64,000 bases of DNA from Eledone cirrhosa (GCA_964016885.1 OZ024743.1:160084001-160148000); one strand, 5' to 3'. Shown: positions 27,797 through 41,870, counted from the first letter of the stretch. Notes: generated from the letters alone by a model not told the origin. Program-made: numbers and translations.

Positions 27797-27800
<4 letters not shown>
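27688..27800 (+). repeat. Dispersed TA-associated repeat (copy at 46295-46470 on minus strand, diverged copy at ~27320-27430)
   Basis: gagggtcatatttgtg.aatattgccagaattaataacagaacacact.actgtttggttggttttcgctt..tcttttatatcggtaat. Confidence 0.75.
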
Positions 27801-27895
<95 letters not shown>

Positions 27896-27925
27896 ATATG
27901 TATATATATATATATATGTATATAC

Positions 27926-27985
<60 letters not shown>

Positions 27986-27999
27986 GTATATACATATAC

Positions 28000-28046
<47 letters not shown>

Positions 28047-28095
28047 CATATATATATACATATATATATATATATGTATATGTATATACATATAC

Positions 28096-28142
<47 letters not shown>

Positions 28143-28180
28143 CATATCTATACATATATATATATATATATATATACATG

Positions 28181-28235
<55 letters not shown>

Positions 28236-28249
28236 GTATATGTATATAC

Positions 28250-28292
<43 letters not shown>

Positions 28293-28346
28293 TGCATATA
28301 TATATATATATATATATATATGCATGTATATATATATATATAAATA

Positions 28347-28438
<92 letters not shown>
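27800..28438. repeat. ~640-bp imperfect (TA)n microsatellite
   Basis: Directly visible. Similar tracts lie at 32900-33650, 41110-41300, 55665-55850, 57140-57600 and 58265-58390. Confidence 0.95.
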
Positions 28439-28440
<2 letters not shown>

Positions 28441-28505
28441 CGTGTGACTGAATGGTTAGAGAATTGGATTCACAATCTTGAGGTTGTGTGTTCGATTCCT
28501 GGGCG
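28439..28505 (+). mobile_element. tRNA-like head (SINE 5' end or tRNA pseudogene)
   Basis: A-box-like gtgactgaatggtta and B box gttcgattcc. No complete cloverleaf. Confidence 0.55.
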
Positions 28506-28959
28506 ATGCGTTTTATTTCACGTTGCTCCTTCTACCTGGGATGGCGACCGATAGATAGTACAAGCAGTTGGAAAGACCGACGAAAACATTGTTTACTCGG
28601 TCCGATTTGACGAAAGTCGATCGATATATATATATATATATATGTGTGTATGTATGTATGTATATATATATATCCTGCCATCCCAACCGTTTTCTCGTTC
28701 GAAAACAAAATATATACGGTAGCCTTCAGCACTGATGATTGCCTCCGATCTTTGGTCTGGTGAATAGCCATAAAATACATCCATCCGAGTTTCAATTAAA
28801 TTTTCCATTTTCAATTATTTCAATGGTTTTAATTTTTTTAAATGCTTCTGTCTTCCATGATGTAAAACCAAGCCTTGGCTATATCGTCTTTGCATCCCTT
28901 CCCGCAACACCTATCCACCGGTGAGCTATTTTGGCAGACATGGCTTTAAGCCCAATCCA

Positions 28960-29620
28960 GCTCTACACAGTAAATGTGGTCATCGCCCCGAAACTGTGGT
29001 TCGCTGTGTGAAATGTTTGGCGTGGGCAACTGGCCAGTCCCTCCTTACAGCAGCGCCATTCAATGGCATACAGTGGTCATGCCTCCTAAACTGTGGTTCC
29101 GCTGTGAGAAGCTTCCTGTGCGGCCAACTGACCTGTCTCTCCTTGTAGCGGAGCCATCCAGTTCTGGGCTCCCAAACTGTGGTCTCGTGTGAGAAAGGTT
29201 CAGCGCGGCCGACTGCCATGTTTATCGTCATTGCTGTGCCACCCAATTTCACTGCAAACGTTGTCGTGGTCCCGAAACTGTGATTCTGCTGTGAAAAGGG
29301 TCAGGTGCTGCCAACATCCCTAACCCTCCTCAAAGCGGCACCAACAAATTCCACTCTGAACATGTTGTTGGACCAAACTGTAGTCTTGTTCTGAGGAAGG
29401 GGTAGACGCGGCCAACTGGCCTGTCCCTCCTTATAACGGTGCCATCCAGTCCCACACTGTAAATGTGGTTGGTGTAAGGAAGGGCATGCAGCCTAAATTT
29501 ACAGTCACATCAGAGCAAGGGACGGCGTGACCAATAATGGCCAAATTTTTCTTTCGATGGGTCTGACCCATGCAAGCATGAACAAATGGACGTTAAACGG
29601 TGATAATGATGTTGATGATA
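28960..29620 (+). mobile_element. SINE/LINE-tail-type repeat with internal degenerate ~95-110-bp repeats and a (GAT)n-like tail
   Basis: aaactgtgg...gccaactgg/ctg..cctcct units recur five times. It ends gacccatgcaagcatg..ggacgttaaacggtgataatgatg. Confidence 0.6.
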
Positions 29621-30056
29621 TCTATACATACAGTATATATATATAGCTGTAGTTGTCTATGTGTGTGTGTTTGTGTATGTGTGTGTGTGTGTGTATTAAT
29701 GTTGGCAAAGTCTATACAAATCCACATTTCTACGCCAATTGACTTCAAACTGGCATTTATATATTCTTTGCGGTCTAAAGATATTAACTTCAGCCTTTAT
29801 TTTTCAAATTTCTGTTCTTAAAGGCGTTTTTCTTTCACTAAAACTTTAAGCCCTTTCTATCAGTTTAGTTCGGCAATTTTGTCTACAATGATCAAGAGAG
29901 ACAATTCTATAGTATTTTGAAAGAGTTATCACTCTTTATAGACTATATTATCCCTATTTAAACGTACATCCCTTGAAATTGATGCAGAGAGCATGAAGGA
30001 ATTTACTTGGATACTTTTAATGTTACAAAAATATTTATATATATATATATATATAT

Positions 30057-30636
30057 ATAAGTATGTATACGTACATACATATATGTATACAGACGTACAG
30101 TAGTATGTATATAGATACATACATGCAAACACATATATATGTACGTATGTGTTTAGCGAACATTTATTATAATGCTCGGTTTGTTTGTAAACAAACGGCC
30201 TAATTATTAGCCGTACAGTTTTCGAAAACCATCGTTGCCATTTCGTTCTACACTGACAAAGGAACGATGAACGAGTTTCTACCTTATTAGCTGTCATCAG
30301 CACAGTATACCTTCCTCTCAGTTGATTGTACGTTTGAAAGTATATACTTTCCTTATGCATATTAACGGCTGAGCAGCCTAAATTGCATATCGAATGAGTT
30401 AGTCGGTTGGGCGGACAGGAAGGTATACGGTGCTGATGACAGCTAATAAGGTAGAAACTAATTCATCGTTCCTTTGTCAGTGTTGAACATAATGGCAACG
30501 ATGGTTTGCCGAAAACTCTACGGCTAATAATTCAGGCTGTTTGTTTACAAACAAACCGAGCATTATAATAAATGTTCGGTAAATCCATACGTACATATAT
30601 ATATGTGTGCATGTATGTATGAATATACATACTACT
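30057..30636. mobile_element. Family-A HHR element, fold-back copy
   Basis: 30057-30415 (-) and 30416-30636 (+) arms, each containing the HHR (30264-30306 minus, 30427-30469 plus, with slight decay). Confidence 0.85.
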
Positions 30637-30739
30637 GGGTATATGTTTTGGAAAGATAGTGTTATCTCGCCTAACGCTCCGAACTGGAACCAATGGATGT
30701 TGTTCGAAGGGTGCTGATATGATACGGAGAATCGACTTG

Positions 30740-31400
30740 TTACAAGGCGATATAACTGGAGTACACCATCCTTCCTATAGACAATCCTACATGTAAAGCT
30801 GCACCACCGCTAACCAACTATTATTCTCACAGACTCATGCTTGCAGACTCTCTTAATCTGCCTGTACATCCTGTATTTGCACTGCTTGTGCTCTGATGTA
30901 TCTATGCTTTGCTTTTTGGGGGGGTTAGGGGGGATTTATTGTTTTTGATCATGCTGAGTAACACCTTCACCCATTCCTTTCAACCCTCTCCCAACCTCCT
31001 TATCATCTATTGCACCATTTAAGTGATACATTTTTGATGTCATTTTTGATGTAATTTTTATGACATTTTATGACATTATGTGCGTCATGTATTGTGTATT
31101 TTTCTATATAGCACTGGGGACCCCCTGCTGGCCCTTTAACCTTGTTCTTGTCACGCAGCTTCATGGAGCATGCAACTGTTGATATACTCTTGTGTATAGG
31201 CTCTGATTATTCCTGCCATAGTGTATGGATGAAACACTGTTAGCTAATAAACAATGTATTTCTAAGAACTCTTTCGTTATTCCTAAAATTATAACGGCTC
31301 TGTAGTATACTAGTTATCCGACATTGAGCTAAAACCACACTGTCATACCAAGGGCAATATATCTGCGTGTCTGGGCACGTTGATATATTTATCAACGAAA
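30740..31400 (+). mobile_element. Family-B PLE-type 3' repeat with HHR (second copy 56240-56870, minus strand)
   Basis: Clear reverse-complement similarity to 56240-56870. HHR at 31200-31244: gct CTGATTA..GAAA cactg TT agc (G8 mutated). Ends in TA. Confidence 0.8.
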
Positions 31401-31433
31401 CCATATATATATATATATTTATATATATATTTA

Positions 31434-31478
<45 letters not shown>

Positions 31479-31480
<2 letters not shown>

Positions 31481-31890
31481 GGTAAACGGAAAAGAAAATG
31501 CTGACAAATTGTTCACAGTGAAAAATAGTTTAATTAGGAATAATTGAGAATTAGTAATAGTATTGGTTAGTATTCAGTTTTGGTTTTAAGGTTTACCGGT
31601 TCCGCATTTCTAATGCTTATCAAAAATAATTTTGAGATAGAGCGTCCGTGATGTTTGCTCTCATCAGATTAGAGCAAACATCACGGACGTTCTTTCTCAA
31701 AATTATTTTTGAAGAGCATTAGAAATGCGCAACAGGTAAAACTTAAAACCAAAACTCAATACTAACCAATACTATTACTAATTTTTACTTATTCCTAATT
31801 AAACTATTTTTCACTGTGAACAATTTGTCAGCATTTTCTTTTCCGTTTACCAATATATCATAACTTGTGTTACACCTCTATTCTTTTAAA
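31479..31890. mobile_element. Family-C fold-back element (~185-bp arms plus tail) with HHR-like motif
   Basis: 31479-31661 is the reverse complement of 31671-31854. A second copy lies at 41871-42293. Confidence 0.88.
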
Positions 31891-31891
31891 A

Positions 31892-31980
<89 letters not shown>

Positions 31981-32926
31981 CGTTTCTTTCAACACCACAC
32001 CATGGTGTCAATTAACACCCTTAATATTATGACCACCAATATACGGCCAACCTTTAATGTTCTGCTTGTTACTACCTCTAGATCACTTAACTGTCTTCAA
32101 CAGACTAGTATTCTCATCATCAGTATCATTGCTACTCTCCATATACTCAACAATGTAACCGGGAATAATACACATCTATCACGAGTACTATTAATATTAC
32201 CAACGTTTTTATCCCCATCCCTCACATTATATACACTGCCAGGGAAGTGTACGTGATACATCAGAACGGCAAGGTGTGGGCAGTGAGAAATAAACACGCA
32301 GATAATACGTTAGGGCGCAAAAATACATAACCCTTGTTTTTGAGGGAGAAATAATTTGAGAAGCGATATGTGCGGCAACATTTCATTGGTAAAATAGCTT
32401 CCATTGGGACATGAAACTGTTTTTTTTTCCACAGGAATTATCGGAAGACTAGTTATTTCTTCATATACACCGCTCGAAAAAACAGAATGCGTTTATTCAT
32501 GCTGCGACAACAACCAGTCAACCATAACCGAGATCACACCACATCACAATCAACTATTACCACAGCAAAAAACACAACAGTAACTTCAATATTATTACAG
32601 AAAGCGCCATTAAAATCATCAACACTACTGTTTATTGCTGTATTACATTCAACAGTATCACACGCTCCCACCTCCAATAATAACAACAACAACATAATAT
32701 CAAAAACCAAATCTAATTAAAATACGTACACACAAAAATAACTAGCTTCATTATTTTGGTGTATGAAAAATATTGAATTAAAATTCTTCACTTATTTTGT
32801 TAGATCAGCGAAGCTTTGAGATATTGTGATTAAACGGTCGCATTATACAGAAATCGACGTTAAGGGATCCAGATTTGATTTACCGACATACACATATGCA
32901 TATATATATATATTTATATGTATGTA

Positions 32927-32957
<31 letters not shown>

Positions 32958-32986
32958 GGGTGTGCACGTGTGTGTGTCTGTATATA

Positions 32987-33024
<38 letters not shown>

Positions 33025-33122
33025 TATATACAGACACACAGCCAGACACACACACCGCATACATGTATATGTATGTATATATGTGGTTAATAATATATAT
33101 ACATGTATATATATATATATAT

Positions 33123-33168
<46 letters not shown>

Positions 33169-33194
33169 ATATATACACACACACAAACATATAT

Positions 33195-33272
<78 letters not shown>

Positions 33273-33304
33273 CATATATACATATATATATATATGTATA
33301 TATG

Positions 33305-33339
<35 letters not shown>

Positions 33340-33514
33340 TTATATACATATATATAGTTTCAGAATATCCCGCTAATTGTGAAAGCAGCGATTCTTTGCT
33401 TAAACTTTAATCTGTTATTTTAATAAATATATATATATATATATACATGTGTATATATATATATATATATGTGTGTATATATATATTTATATATATATAA
33501 ATATATATATATAT

Positions 33515-33656
<142 letters not shown>

Positions 33657-34801
33657 GTGTGTGAGAGAAAACAAATGTGTATGAGAGAAATCTTTTAATG
33701 GCTAGGTTTGCCATGGTGATCGAACATGTAGTAGAAATTGTGATCATAAAATAGTTTTCTTCATTTTGAGTCTTTCCTTCATATACATTTTCGCCGCTCA
33801 TTTATTGCTTGTGAGGTGTTCATATGACAAACACGTTGGGAAATACGGTACCATACAGCAACCTCTTTTATGTTAAAACAAAAAAAATTAATGGGGTCGA
33901 GGCAACCATACTGCAAATGGTAATTATTATTATAATTTTTTTAAATCTTGACACAAAGCTAGTCATTCGTAAAAATGTGTTATAAAGTCAGTTGAATTGA
34001 ATCAACCGGAATATTTTACTGCTTCTTCTTTCTTTACTGGACCTTGAAGGGAGAGGATGAAAACAAATTATATACCGGCGAAATTTGAAATCAGAAATAT
34101 ATTGCGAATTATAATATTCAAGACGTTAAGGTTTCTGCCAACTGCACTACAACAATTATAATGCGAGTGACATTTATATTGTCACTCTACCTTCTAGATA
34201 TGACAGCCAAATTTCTCTTGCGTTATACTATAGGCTTAACAAAGTGAAGAGAATATGACTACATTGGATGAGATATGGGAAATTCCACTCATTCGTAAGT
34301 GAAGGAAGTTTATGTTACTTTTCTCACCTGTTCGTAAATATTTCAGGTAAGATAGTACTTCCTTAGTGGCATGCGACTGTCATGTTAATAAGTTCCTGCA
34401 GCAGAGAAATTTGTATTAGATTTATTTGTTCAGTAACATTAGCAAAATTGAAAGTTTTTTTTTTTTTTTGTTAAAGCCTTAGCTTGTGTCGTTTAATAAA
34501 AATGTCCTCTTGTTAAAATTGCAGTGTTTCTCATTCAGCAAAATGTAGATTCATACTTGTTTAATTGAATTTGTTTATTTTTTTTCTGTGTTGTTTCTTC
34601 ATTGATTCTTCTCTGGATTAAGAAACCATATAGAGATGAATGAAAATAGAGAATAAATAAAAGTGTATATATCTAAAATAAACCTTCTTTTCGTTCGACC
34701 AGTAGCGTTGGGAGAAGCGTCTAAACGTTCCAAGACTAAAATAATTCAGAAAAAAAGGTCCATGAGGTAAAACTTAATAATAATCCATGGCAAACTATAG
34801 A

Positions 34802-34866
<65 letters not shown>

Positions 34867-34883
34867 TAATAATAATAATAATG
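34802..34883. repeat. (AAT)n microsatellite at the LINE 3' end
   Basis: Directly visible. Confidence 0.95.
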
Positions 34884-37048
34884 CTTTCTTTATTAAACAC
34901 AAGGGTCTACATAAAGTAGACATTAAGGACAGTACAGGACAATACAGGGCGGTACAAATGGGCATTTCTGCCTGTTAAAAAAAAACAAGAAACAGAGGAT
35001 GTAATAATAGAACAATGAGAAAATTCCCCAATAGGGGGGAGACTTCCGAGGGACATTCGTGGAGAAAGCCCATTGAAAACCCACAGTGACCCTGACCACC
35101 AGGGCAAGTGCCCTCTCCCAGTTTTCCACCTTTAATTTACAGACACATACTCAGAGTAGGCCCATTAACTCGGGCCATTCTTACCTCTCTCACCCATCTT
35201 TCAACAAAATGCTGGGAAGAGAGCACTTCCCTTTCTACCCTGATTTTCCTTTTTAAATGATATTTGAAAAAGTTAATCTGGGCATCACCGAAGAGGTAAC
35301 TGCTCGTCTTCAACCCTTTCAAACGTGTCCACCATACTATCTCTTTCGCCATGGCCACCAGACAGATAAAAACTGCCTGCCTTTCCCGGCTAAAGGAAGA
35401 GGGCGGGGAAATCCTCACGATGGACTCAGCTGATAGCTGGATCGGTCCTACACGCGACAGCAGGTGTTCGACATAAACCCACAAGTCAGCAATGCTCGGA
35501 TACTGGACGAGTGCGTGCAGGACGGTTTCGTCGCCCTGCGCGCATCTCGGACATGCCCGGCTGACGGCACCTCCATGCCTGTAGAGTTTATCCCGAACTG
35601 GCAAAGCTCCTCGGTAGCACTGCCAGGCCAGGGATTTCTGGAAGTTGTCCATAGGCTCCGGCCCAAAAGTTCTTCCGAAGAGATTGTCTAGTTGATTTTC
35701 GTCGACGCCTAGAGTTTCCTCAAGTACGTCGTCGCTCTTCACCTCTACTAATCCTCTATAGAACGCCAAGGTGGAGTTTACACCGATCACATTGCCCGAA
35801 TGGTGGAGGGCTGTGAGCGCCTGAATGACATTCCAGTCTCCAAGCGCTCCCTCTCGGTCTTCGCTTGACCCAGGACTTCAGCTCCGTCAAGGAGACGAGC
35901 TGGGGAAAGACGCGTCTAGCAAACGGAGACCACACCTGATCACCGTCGAGGAAGAGGTGGAGATGTCGTAGCCTGAGCGCGTGTCTGCGCATCATCAGCC
36001 ACGGCATTCCAAACCCTCCGCGTAGCGGGTGTTGACAGCAGATGGACCGCCTGACCATCGGAGCGTGTCCCTTCCACAAAAAGCGAAAGAGCAAACGCTC
36101 CAGCGCAGTCAGGTGGGGTTTAGGACAAGGTACGACGGTCAGGCAGTAGTAGATGACGGACGCGATATACGCGTTAGCCTCCTCCGCTCGACCTTTCAGG
36201 GATAGCTTCCTCTCGGCTCATTTCTGGGTGAGAGAAGCCACCCTGCTCGTCACCTCGTCCCAGTTTTTGACCGTCTGGAGATCCGGACCGAACCAGACCC
36301 CGAGCAATTTAACTGGTCCGTCCGTCCAGCGCCCGACGACTCTGTCGGACGGCATGGACCTGCCTCTCCAGGTGCCGAGCTGCAGGCCCACTCACTTTTC
36401 CTGGTTGATCATTGCTCCTGTCACCGCTTCGTATTCTCTTAGTGTAGTGTCGATCGCCTTGATGTGTTTGGCATTCGACACCACTACGGTGACATCGTCC
36501 GCATATGCTGACACGGATCTTCCGCATCCTAGTTCGCGCCGGGCCCCCCTCAACATTTCCAGTTTGTGCAGTATGGCTCGAGAGTCAATACGTACAAGAG
36601 GGACGAGAGGGTACATCCTTGGCGGACCGAGCGCATGATGTTGAACGGTTCCGAAATGCGACCGTTCACTCTCACCACAGAGCAGATGTCGCTGTGCATG
36701 GCAGTGATCCAGCCCCCGAAGACGGGCCCGAAGCCAGCCGCCCTCAGCACTGGCGCTAGGTAACGATGGTCGACCCTATCGAAAGCTTTCGACTGATCTA
36801 AATTGATCGAAGACCCACCCGTGCCAGATTCCCTAGCTACCCTCGCTACGATGTATCGCATGAGGTGGAGGTTGTCGTGGATGGATCTGTCTGGAACAGC
36901 GCATGTCTGGGCCTCTCCCACCAGACCACCAACAACAAGCGCCAACCTCTTTGCTAGCACCTTGGCCAAAATCTTGAACTCTGTGTTTAGCAGAGTTATG
37001 GGCCTGAAATTATCTACGTTATCCCCCTTGTTCGGATCCGTTCTCAGC
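34884..37048 (-). mobile_element. 5'-truncated L1/Tx1-like LINE (RT plus C-terminal zinc knuckle, frameshifted)
   Basis: NFRPITLLNTEFKILAK, INLDQSKAFDRVDH, SVRQGC.LS, AYADDV, FRFLWKG, CPRC..ETVLHAL. AATAAA lies just before the (ATT)n tail. Confidence 0.92.
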
Positions 37049-37060
37049 ATAATAATAATA

Positions 37061-37250
37061 ATAATTGTTTCTACATTTGGCACAAGCCATCAATTACCCA
37101 GTGTATTACTGGTACTTTATTTTATCGACACCGTAAAGATGAAAGGCAAAGTTATCCTCGACGGGATTTGAACTCAGACCATAAAGACCCGTAACTCTAT
37201 GCGTCAAAGCATGGCGTCCGACCCTCTACCGATGCTGCCAATCCACCGCC
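37061..37250 (-). mobile_element. tRNA-derived SINE between the two LINEs
   Basis: Full-length family copy within AAT repeats. Confidence 0.9.
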
Positions 37251-37285
37251 GTTAATAACAGTAATAATAACAAAAATAATAATAA

Positions 37286-39565
37286 GAGGTAACGACGTAA
37301 TCCCTGAGGCTGAACAGACTAAGACATTCTGTAGAGGAATATGGGAGCAGGCTTTTGAACATAATAGTCAGGCAGTGTGGATTGGGACACTTCAAAAGGA
37401 GAACAAGCACACCAACAGCCTGATTTAAGTATCACAGCTGAAACTCTTAAAGGGTAGGCCAAAAACTAACCAACTGTAAACACCCAGGCCCAGATGGTGT
37501 GCAAGGATATTGGATAAAAAAATATAACATCCCTCCACCCAAAACTGACAGCCATGTTCAATGACTGCTTGATGTCGGGTGAAGTACTAGAGAGGTTGAC
37601 AAAAGGTACCACAGTTCTGGTAATAAAAGACCGAATCAATGGTAATGAGGTTACCAACTATAGACCTATCACATGTCTGTACGTAATGTGGAAACTGTTG
37701 ACAAGCATTATGTCTGAGAGCGGTGGGTTGGCAGTATCGGTAGAGGGTCGGATGCCATGCTTTGACGCATAGAGTTACAGCCCTTGCCATTGTGAGTTCA
37801 AATCCCGCCGAGGTTAACTTTGCCTTTCATCCTTACGGGGTCGATAAAATAAAGTACCAGTAATGCGCTGGGATAATTGATGGCCTTGTGCCAAAAGTAG
37901 AAACAATTATGTCTGAGGAAATTTACTATCACCTCCACATAAACAACTTGTTACCGGACGAACAGAAAGGATGCCGAAAGAAGTCCCGTGGTACAAAAGA
38001 CCAGTTACTTATTGATAAGTTGGTAATGAGGAATTGCAAGAGGAGACACACTGGTATTGCCATGGGTTGGATAGATTGCAAGAAGGTTTTTCGACATGGG
38101 ACTTCATTCTTGGATAACCAAAGGCCTAGAGATCTTCAAGTTGGCAGACAACATCAGACAGCTATTAAGTAAATTTATGAAGTCCTGGGAAACAGAGCTA
38201 ACATCAGGTGCAGAATCCTTGAGATGTGTGATGATCAAGGGAGGTATCTTCCAGAGAGATAGTTTGTCCCCTTTGCTGTTTATCCTTAACCTCATATCCC
38301 ACTTGTCGATCATATTGCTAAAAGTGAGAGCAGGATACAAGCTGGGAAGAGGAGAGCTTACCATCAACCACCTCCTCTTCATGGACGATCTTAAACTCTT
38401 TGACAAGAGTGAGAATGAATTGGGTGTACTTGTTGATACTGTCCGTATTTTCAGCAATGATATATGTATGGAATTTGGTGTTAATAAGTGTGGAGGCCTA
38501 GTGATTAGTGATGAAGACGGATAAATTGAGCAGAAGCAACGGAATCCAGGTACCAACAGGTGAGATGATAAGGAATATACTAAAATCACGTCTAAATAGT
38601 AGGAATGTCATAAGTGCAGTAAATTCCCGAGCTGTGTCTATTATTAGGTACAGTGCGGGAATTCTGAAATGGAATGTTACTGAACACAAAGAAATGGATA
38701 GGAAGACTAGGAAGTTAATGATAATCTACAACATCTTCCACAAGAGGAGTGATGTTGATAGACTCTACTTAAAGAGATCTGAAGGTGGAAAAGATCTTAT
38801 CAGGTAAGAGGACCTTGTTCAGATGGAGAAAAAACATCTGCACAAATATGTATCTGACAGTAGGGAGCCAATGCTCAAAATTGTACTGAAGGCGAAGACA
38901 ATAGCCCTGGGGATGTCCAAGGAAGAAATAACAAGGAGGAAGAGCAACCTTCATGAAAAATCCCTTCATAGCACCTTCTTTAAGAAAACAGAATTCAGAG
39001 ATCCACAGACATGGAACTGGAGGAGACCTTAAAAAAGCTACAGAAGGAATACATATAGCTGCGCAAGAGCAAGCCTTAAGAATGAAGTGGGTGAAACACC
39101 ATATTGACAAGGAGGAGGATAGCTCACTATGTAGGATCTGTGTAGAGAGGGGGAGGGGGCTGTGGCTCAATTTGTATCCTAGCCCAGACCCACTATAAAG
39201 GCTGGAGACATGATATGATAGGAAAGGGGATTCACTGGCATCTATGCAAAGTAGATATTTTACCACATTCTGAGAAGTGGTATGAGCATAAGCCAGAGTC
39301 AGTGAAAGAAAACGATCAACTGAATGTGGTATGAGATTTTAGGATACAGACGGACAAGAAATTAGAACACAATAGGCTTGACCTGGTGGTTTGGGACGAG
39401 GAAAAAAATCGTGCCTGATTGTGCAAGAAAAGGAGAGCGCAAGAAAAGGAGAGCGAGAAAATTAACCGATACCAGGATTTAAAGTGGGAGTTAAACAGTA
39501 TTTGGAACTGCCATGAGATCAAGGTCTCCCGATTGTCATAGGCGCACTAGGTACGATGTCAAAGA
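37286..39565 (+). mobile_element. Decayed R4/Dong-like non-LTR retrotransposon (RT plus restriction-like endonuclease)
   Basis: GPDGVQGYWIKK, NYRPITCL, EQKGCRKKSRGTKDQLLID, GIFQRDSLSPLLF, HLLFMDDLKLF, LYLKRSEGG, CRIC, DFRIQTD..HNR.DLV, EKINRYQDL, PIVIGALG. Confidence 0.88.
37719..37905 (+). mobile_element. SINE inserted in the LINE ORF with a 12-bp TSD
   Basis: attatgtctgag at 37707-37718 and 37906-37917. Confidence 0.92.
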
Positions 39566-39706
39566 GTATAGAGAGTCGGATACCATGCTTTGCAGCACAG
39601 AGTTACAGCACTTTACGGTCTGAGTTCAAATCCTGCCGAGGTTAACTTTGCCTTTCATCCTCCGGGGTCGATAAAATATAGTACCAGTAATGTACTGGGA
39701 TAATTA
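39566..39706 (+). mobile_element. SINE (partial)
   Basis: B box plus core. Confidence 0.85.
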
Positions 39707-39826
39707 CTCATCTAGGCACACAGGAGATAAAGAAGAATCAATATATGTTGTAGAGTAAGCTATGACTAAATGCATTCAAGTTATGTCCATACCTGTGTGC
39801 ATCCTAGATCATATTATTATCCAATA

Positions 39827-39985
39827 CGCCATGCTTTGCAGCATAGAGTTACTCCCCTTTACGGTCTAAATTCAAATATCGCCGAGGTAAACTTTCTTTT
39901 TCCTCCTTACGGGTCCATAAAATAAAGCACCAGTAATATACTGGTGCTTTATTTTATGGCCTTGTGCCAAAAGTAGAAACAATTA
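39827..39985 (+). mobile_element. 5'-truncated SINE with TSD
   Basis: attattatccaata on both sides. Confidence 0.85.
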
Positions 39986-41088
39986 TTATCCAATATCTCA
40001 TTTCACCATAGAAAAAATTAGTATCAAGATTTAGCTCCCATTTCCAGTTTGTCCAGCGATCTGTTAGATACAACCAAGCGTGAAAAATGAAGAGGAAGTG
40101 AGCGAAATAAAGAAAACGAGAGGGAGAGAGGGGTGGGGATAAAAGACTGAATGAAAGAGAGAAAGAAAGATAGAGATAGAAGAAATATAGAGACTGTTGC
40201 GTGTTTAATCGATAGAAAATACAAATACGTATTGATACTTTAGCTATACTATATCAAAGACAGTATAAATATCTATTTGAAAACATCATTTTACTATTGC
40301 CACTGAAAGACCGATCGGACTGACATGGACATTACAAAATGTCACAAACTGTGGGCCTTGGCGTTATATGTGAAATTTTAATTTAACTTTAGAAGATCAA
40401 ATAGCAAACGTAAAGTATCGATAGGTCTGGATTCTGAATGTCTTTTGCTGTTCAACTGAAACTAGAGATGAAGGGGTCATTTAGAAAGGCTGTTGGTACC
40501 GAACAAAAAGGAAATATGCAGTGATGGGCGAAACGTTGAGGAGTGATAGAGCAGAGTCAACGAAAGAGGGTGTGAGGGAGAATTAACAGAGTAGAGTAGC
40601 TGATTGAGAAGAAAGCAAGAATAATATTTTATTGAAGTTTCAGAAAAGTGTAACGAATGTATTTGTGACAGTTAATGCGTAGTTTATTTAATGGAATTTT
40701 GTATTTTGTTGTTATCCGTTCAGACAATGGAGCAATTTTTAAACTATGTAGATCTCCATTGATTCGACCCGTAAAATACTCGTTATTGTTACTAATCCCA
40801 TTTAGAGAAATGAGTATGAAAGTATGAATTTATATATATTTAATTGAGGTTGATTAAACTGCAATCAGATACAGCACATACATCATTTTTTCTGAGATAT
40901 GTCTCCAACTTTAATCGGTATTCAGAGAACAATAATGTCAGAAAATTGCTTGACATATATCCGTCTTGCATTTTTAACAGTGCCATCAATCATTGAAATT
41001 GGAAAATTCATAGATTATTTTCTGAATATATATGGGGATTGTAACGTCCACACACACACATACACACACATACACACACATACCACAG

Positions 41089-41210
<122 letters not shown>

Positions 41211-41251
41211 GTATATATATATATGTATGTATATATATATATATATATATG

Positions 41252-41306
<55 letters not shown>

Positions 41307-41309
41307 ATA

Positions 41310-41839
41310 ATAATAAATTTGAAGACTAAAATCCAAAGAGGGCTCGATAAGGATACATATATATCAAATATATAAGAACCGTAGAGCAAATATTTATTAA
41401 AATAACAGATTAAAGTTTAAGGAAAAGAATCGCTGCTTTCACCCTTAACGGGATCTTCTGAAACTAACAAAGTCAATCTGTAAACGCAGAACTGGATATT
41501 TCAAAAAACGTTGCAAGCGGAGGAAGACAGGAAGACGATACTTTGGTTCGTGGAAACGTTCGCTGGCGAAGAACGGGCAAATACGAATAATACGTGATTA
41601 ATAGGAGCGGTGAAAAACAATTTCGCGCAAAGACAGAACCACGTTTATGGTATAATAGAGGTCGTAGACTAATGTTCTCTTAGGTGGTGAAAGTATCGTC
41701 TTCCTGTCTTCCTCCGGTTGCAACGTTTTTTGAAACATCCAGTTCTGCGTTTACAGATTGACTTTGTTAGTTTCATAAGATCCCGTTAAGGGTGAAAGCA
41801 GCGATTATTTGCTTAAACTTTAATCTGTTATTTTAATAA

Positions 41840-41841
<2 letters not shown>
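41310..41841. mobile_element. Fold-back element (~150-bp arms, ~150-bp spacer) in (TA)n; fragment also at 33357-33430
   Basis: 41392-41543 is the reverse complement of 41692-41842. Confidence 0.85.

Positions 41842-41870
<29 letters not shown>

Noticed and set aside
28439-28510. Functional tRNA gene
   Set aside because: A/B boxes are present but the acceptor and T stems do not close. It is more likely a SINE head.
27711-28554. Long YI/IY, CV and HT-repeat ORFs here and throughout the ORF track
   Set aside because: They are translations of (TA)n, (TG)n and (CA)n microsatellites, which lack stop codons.
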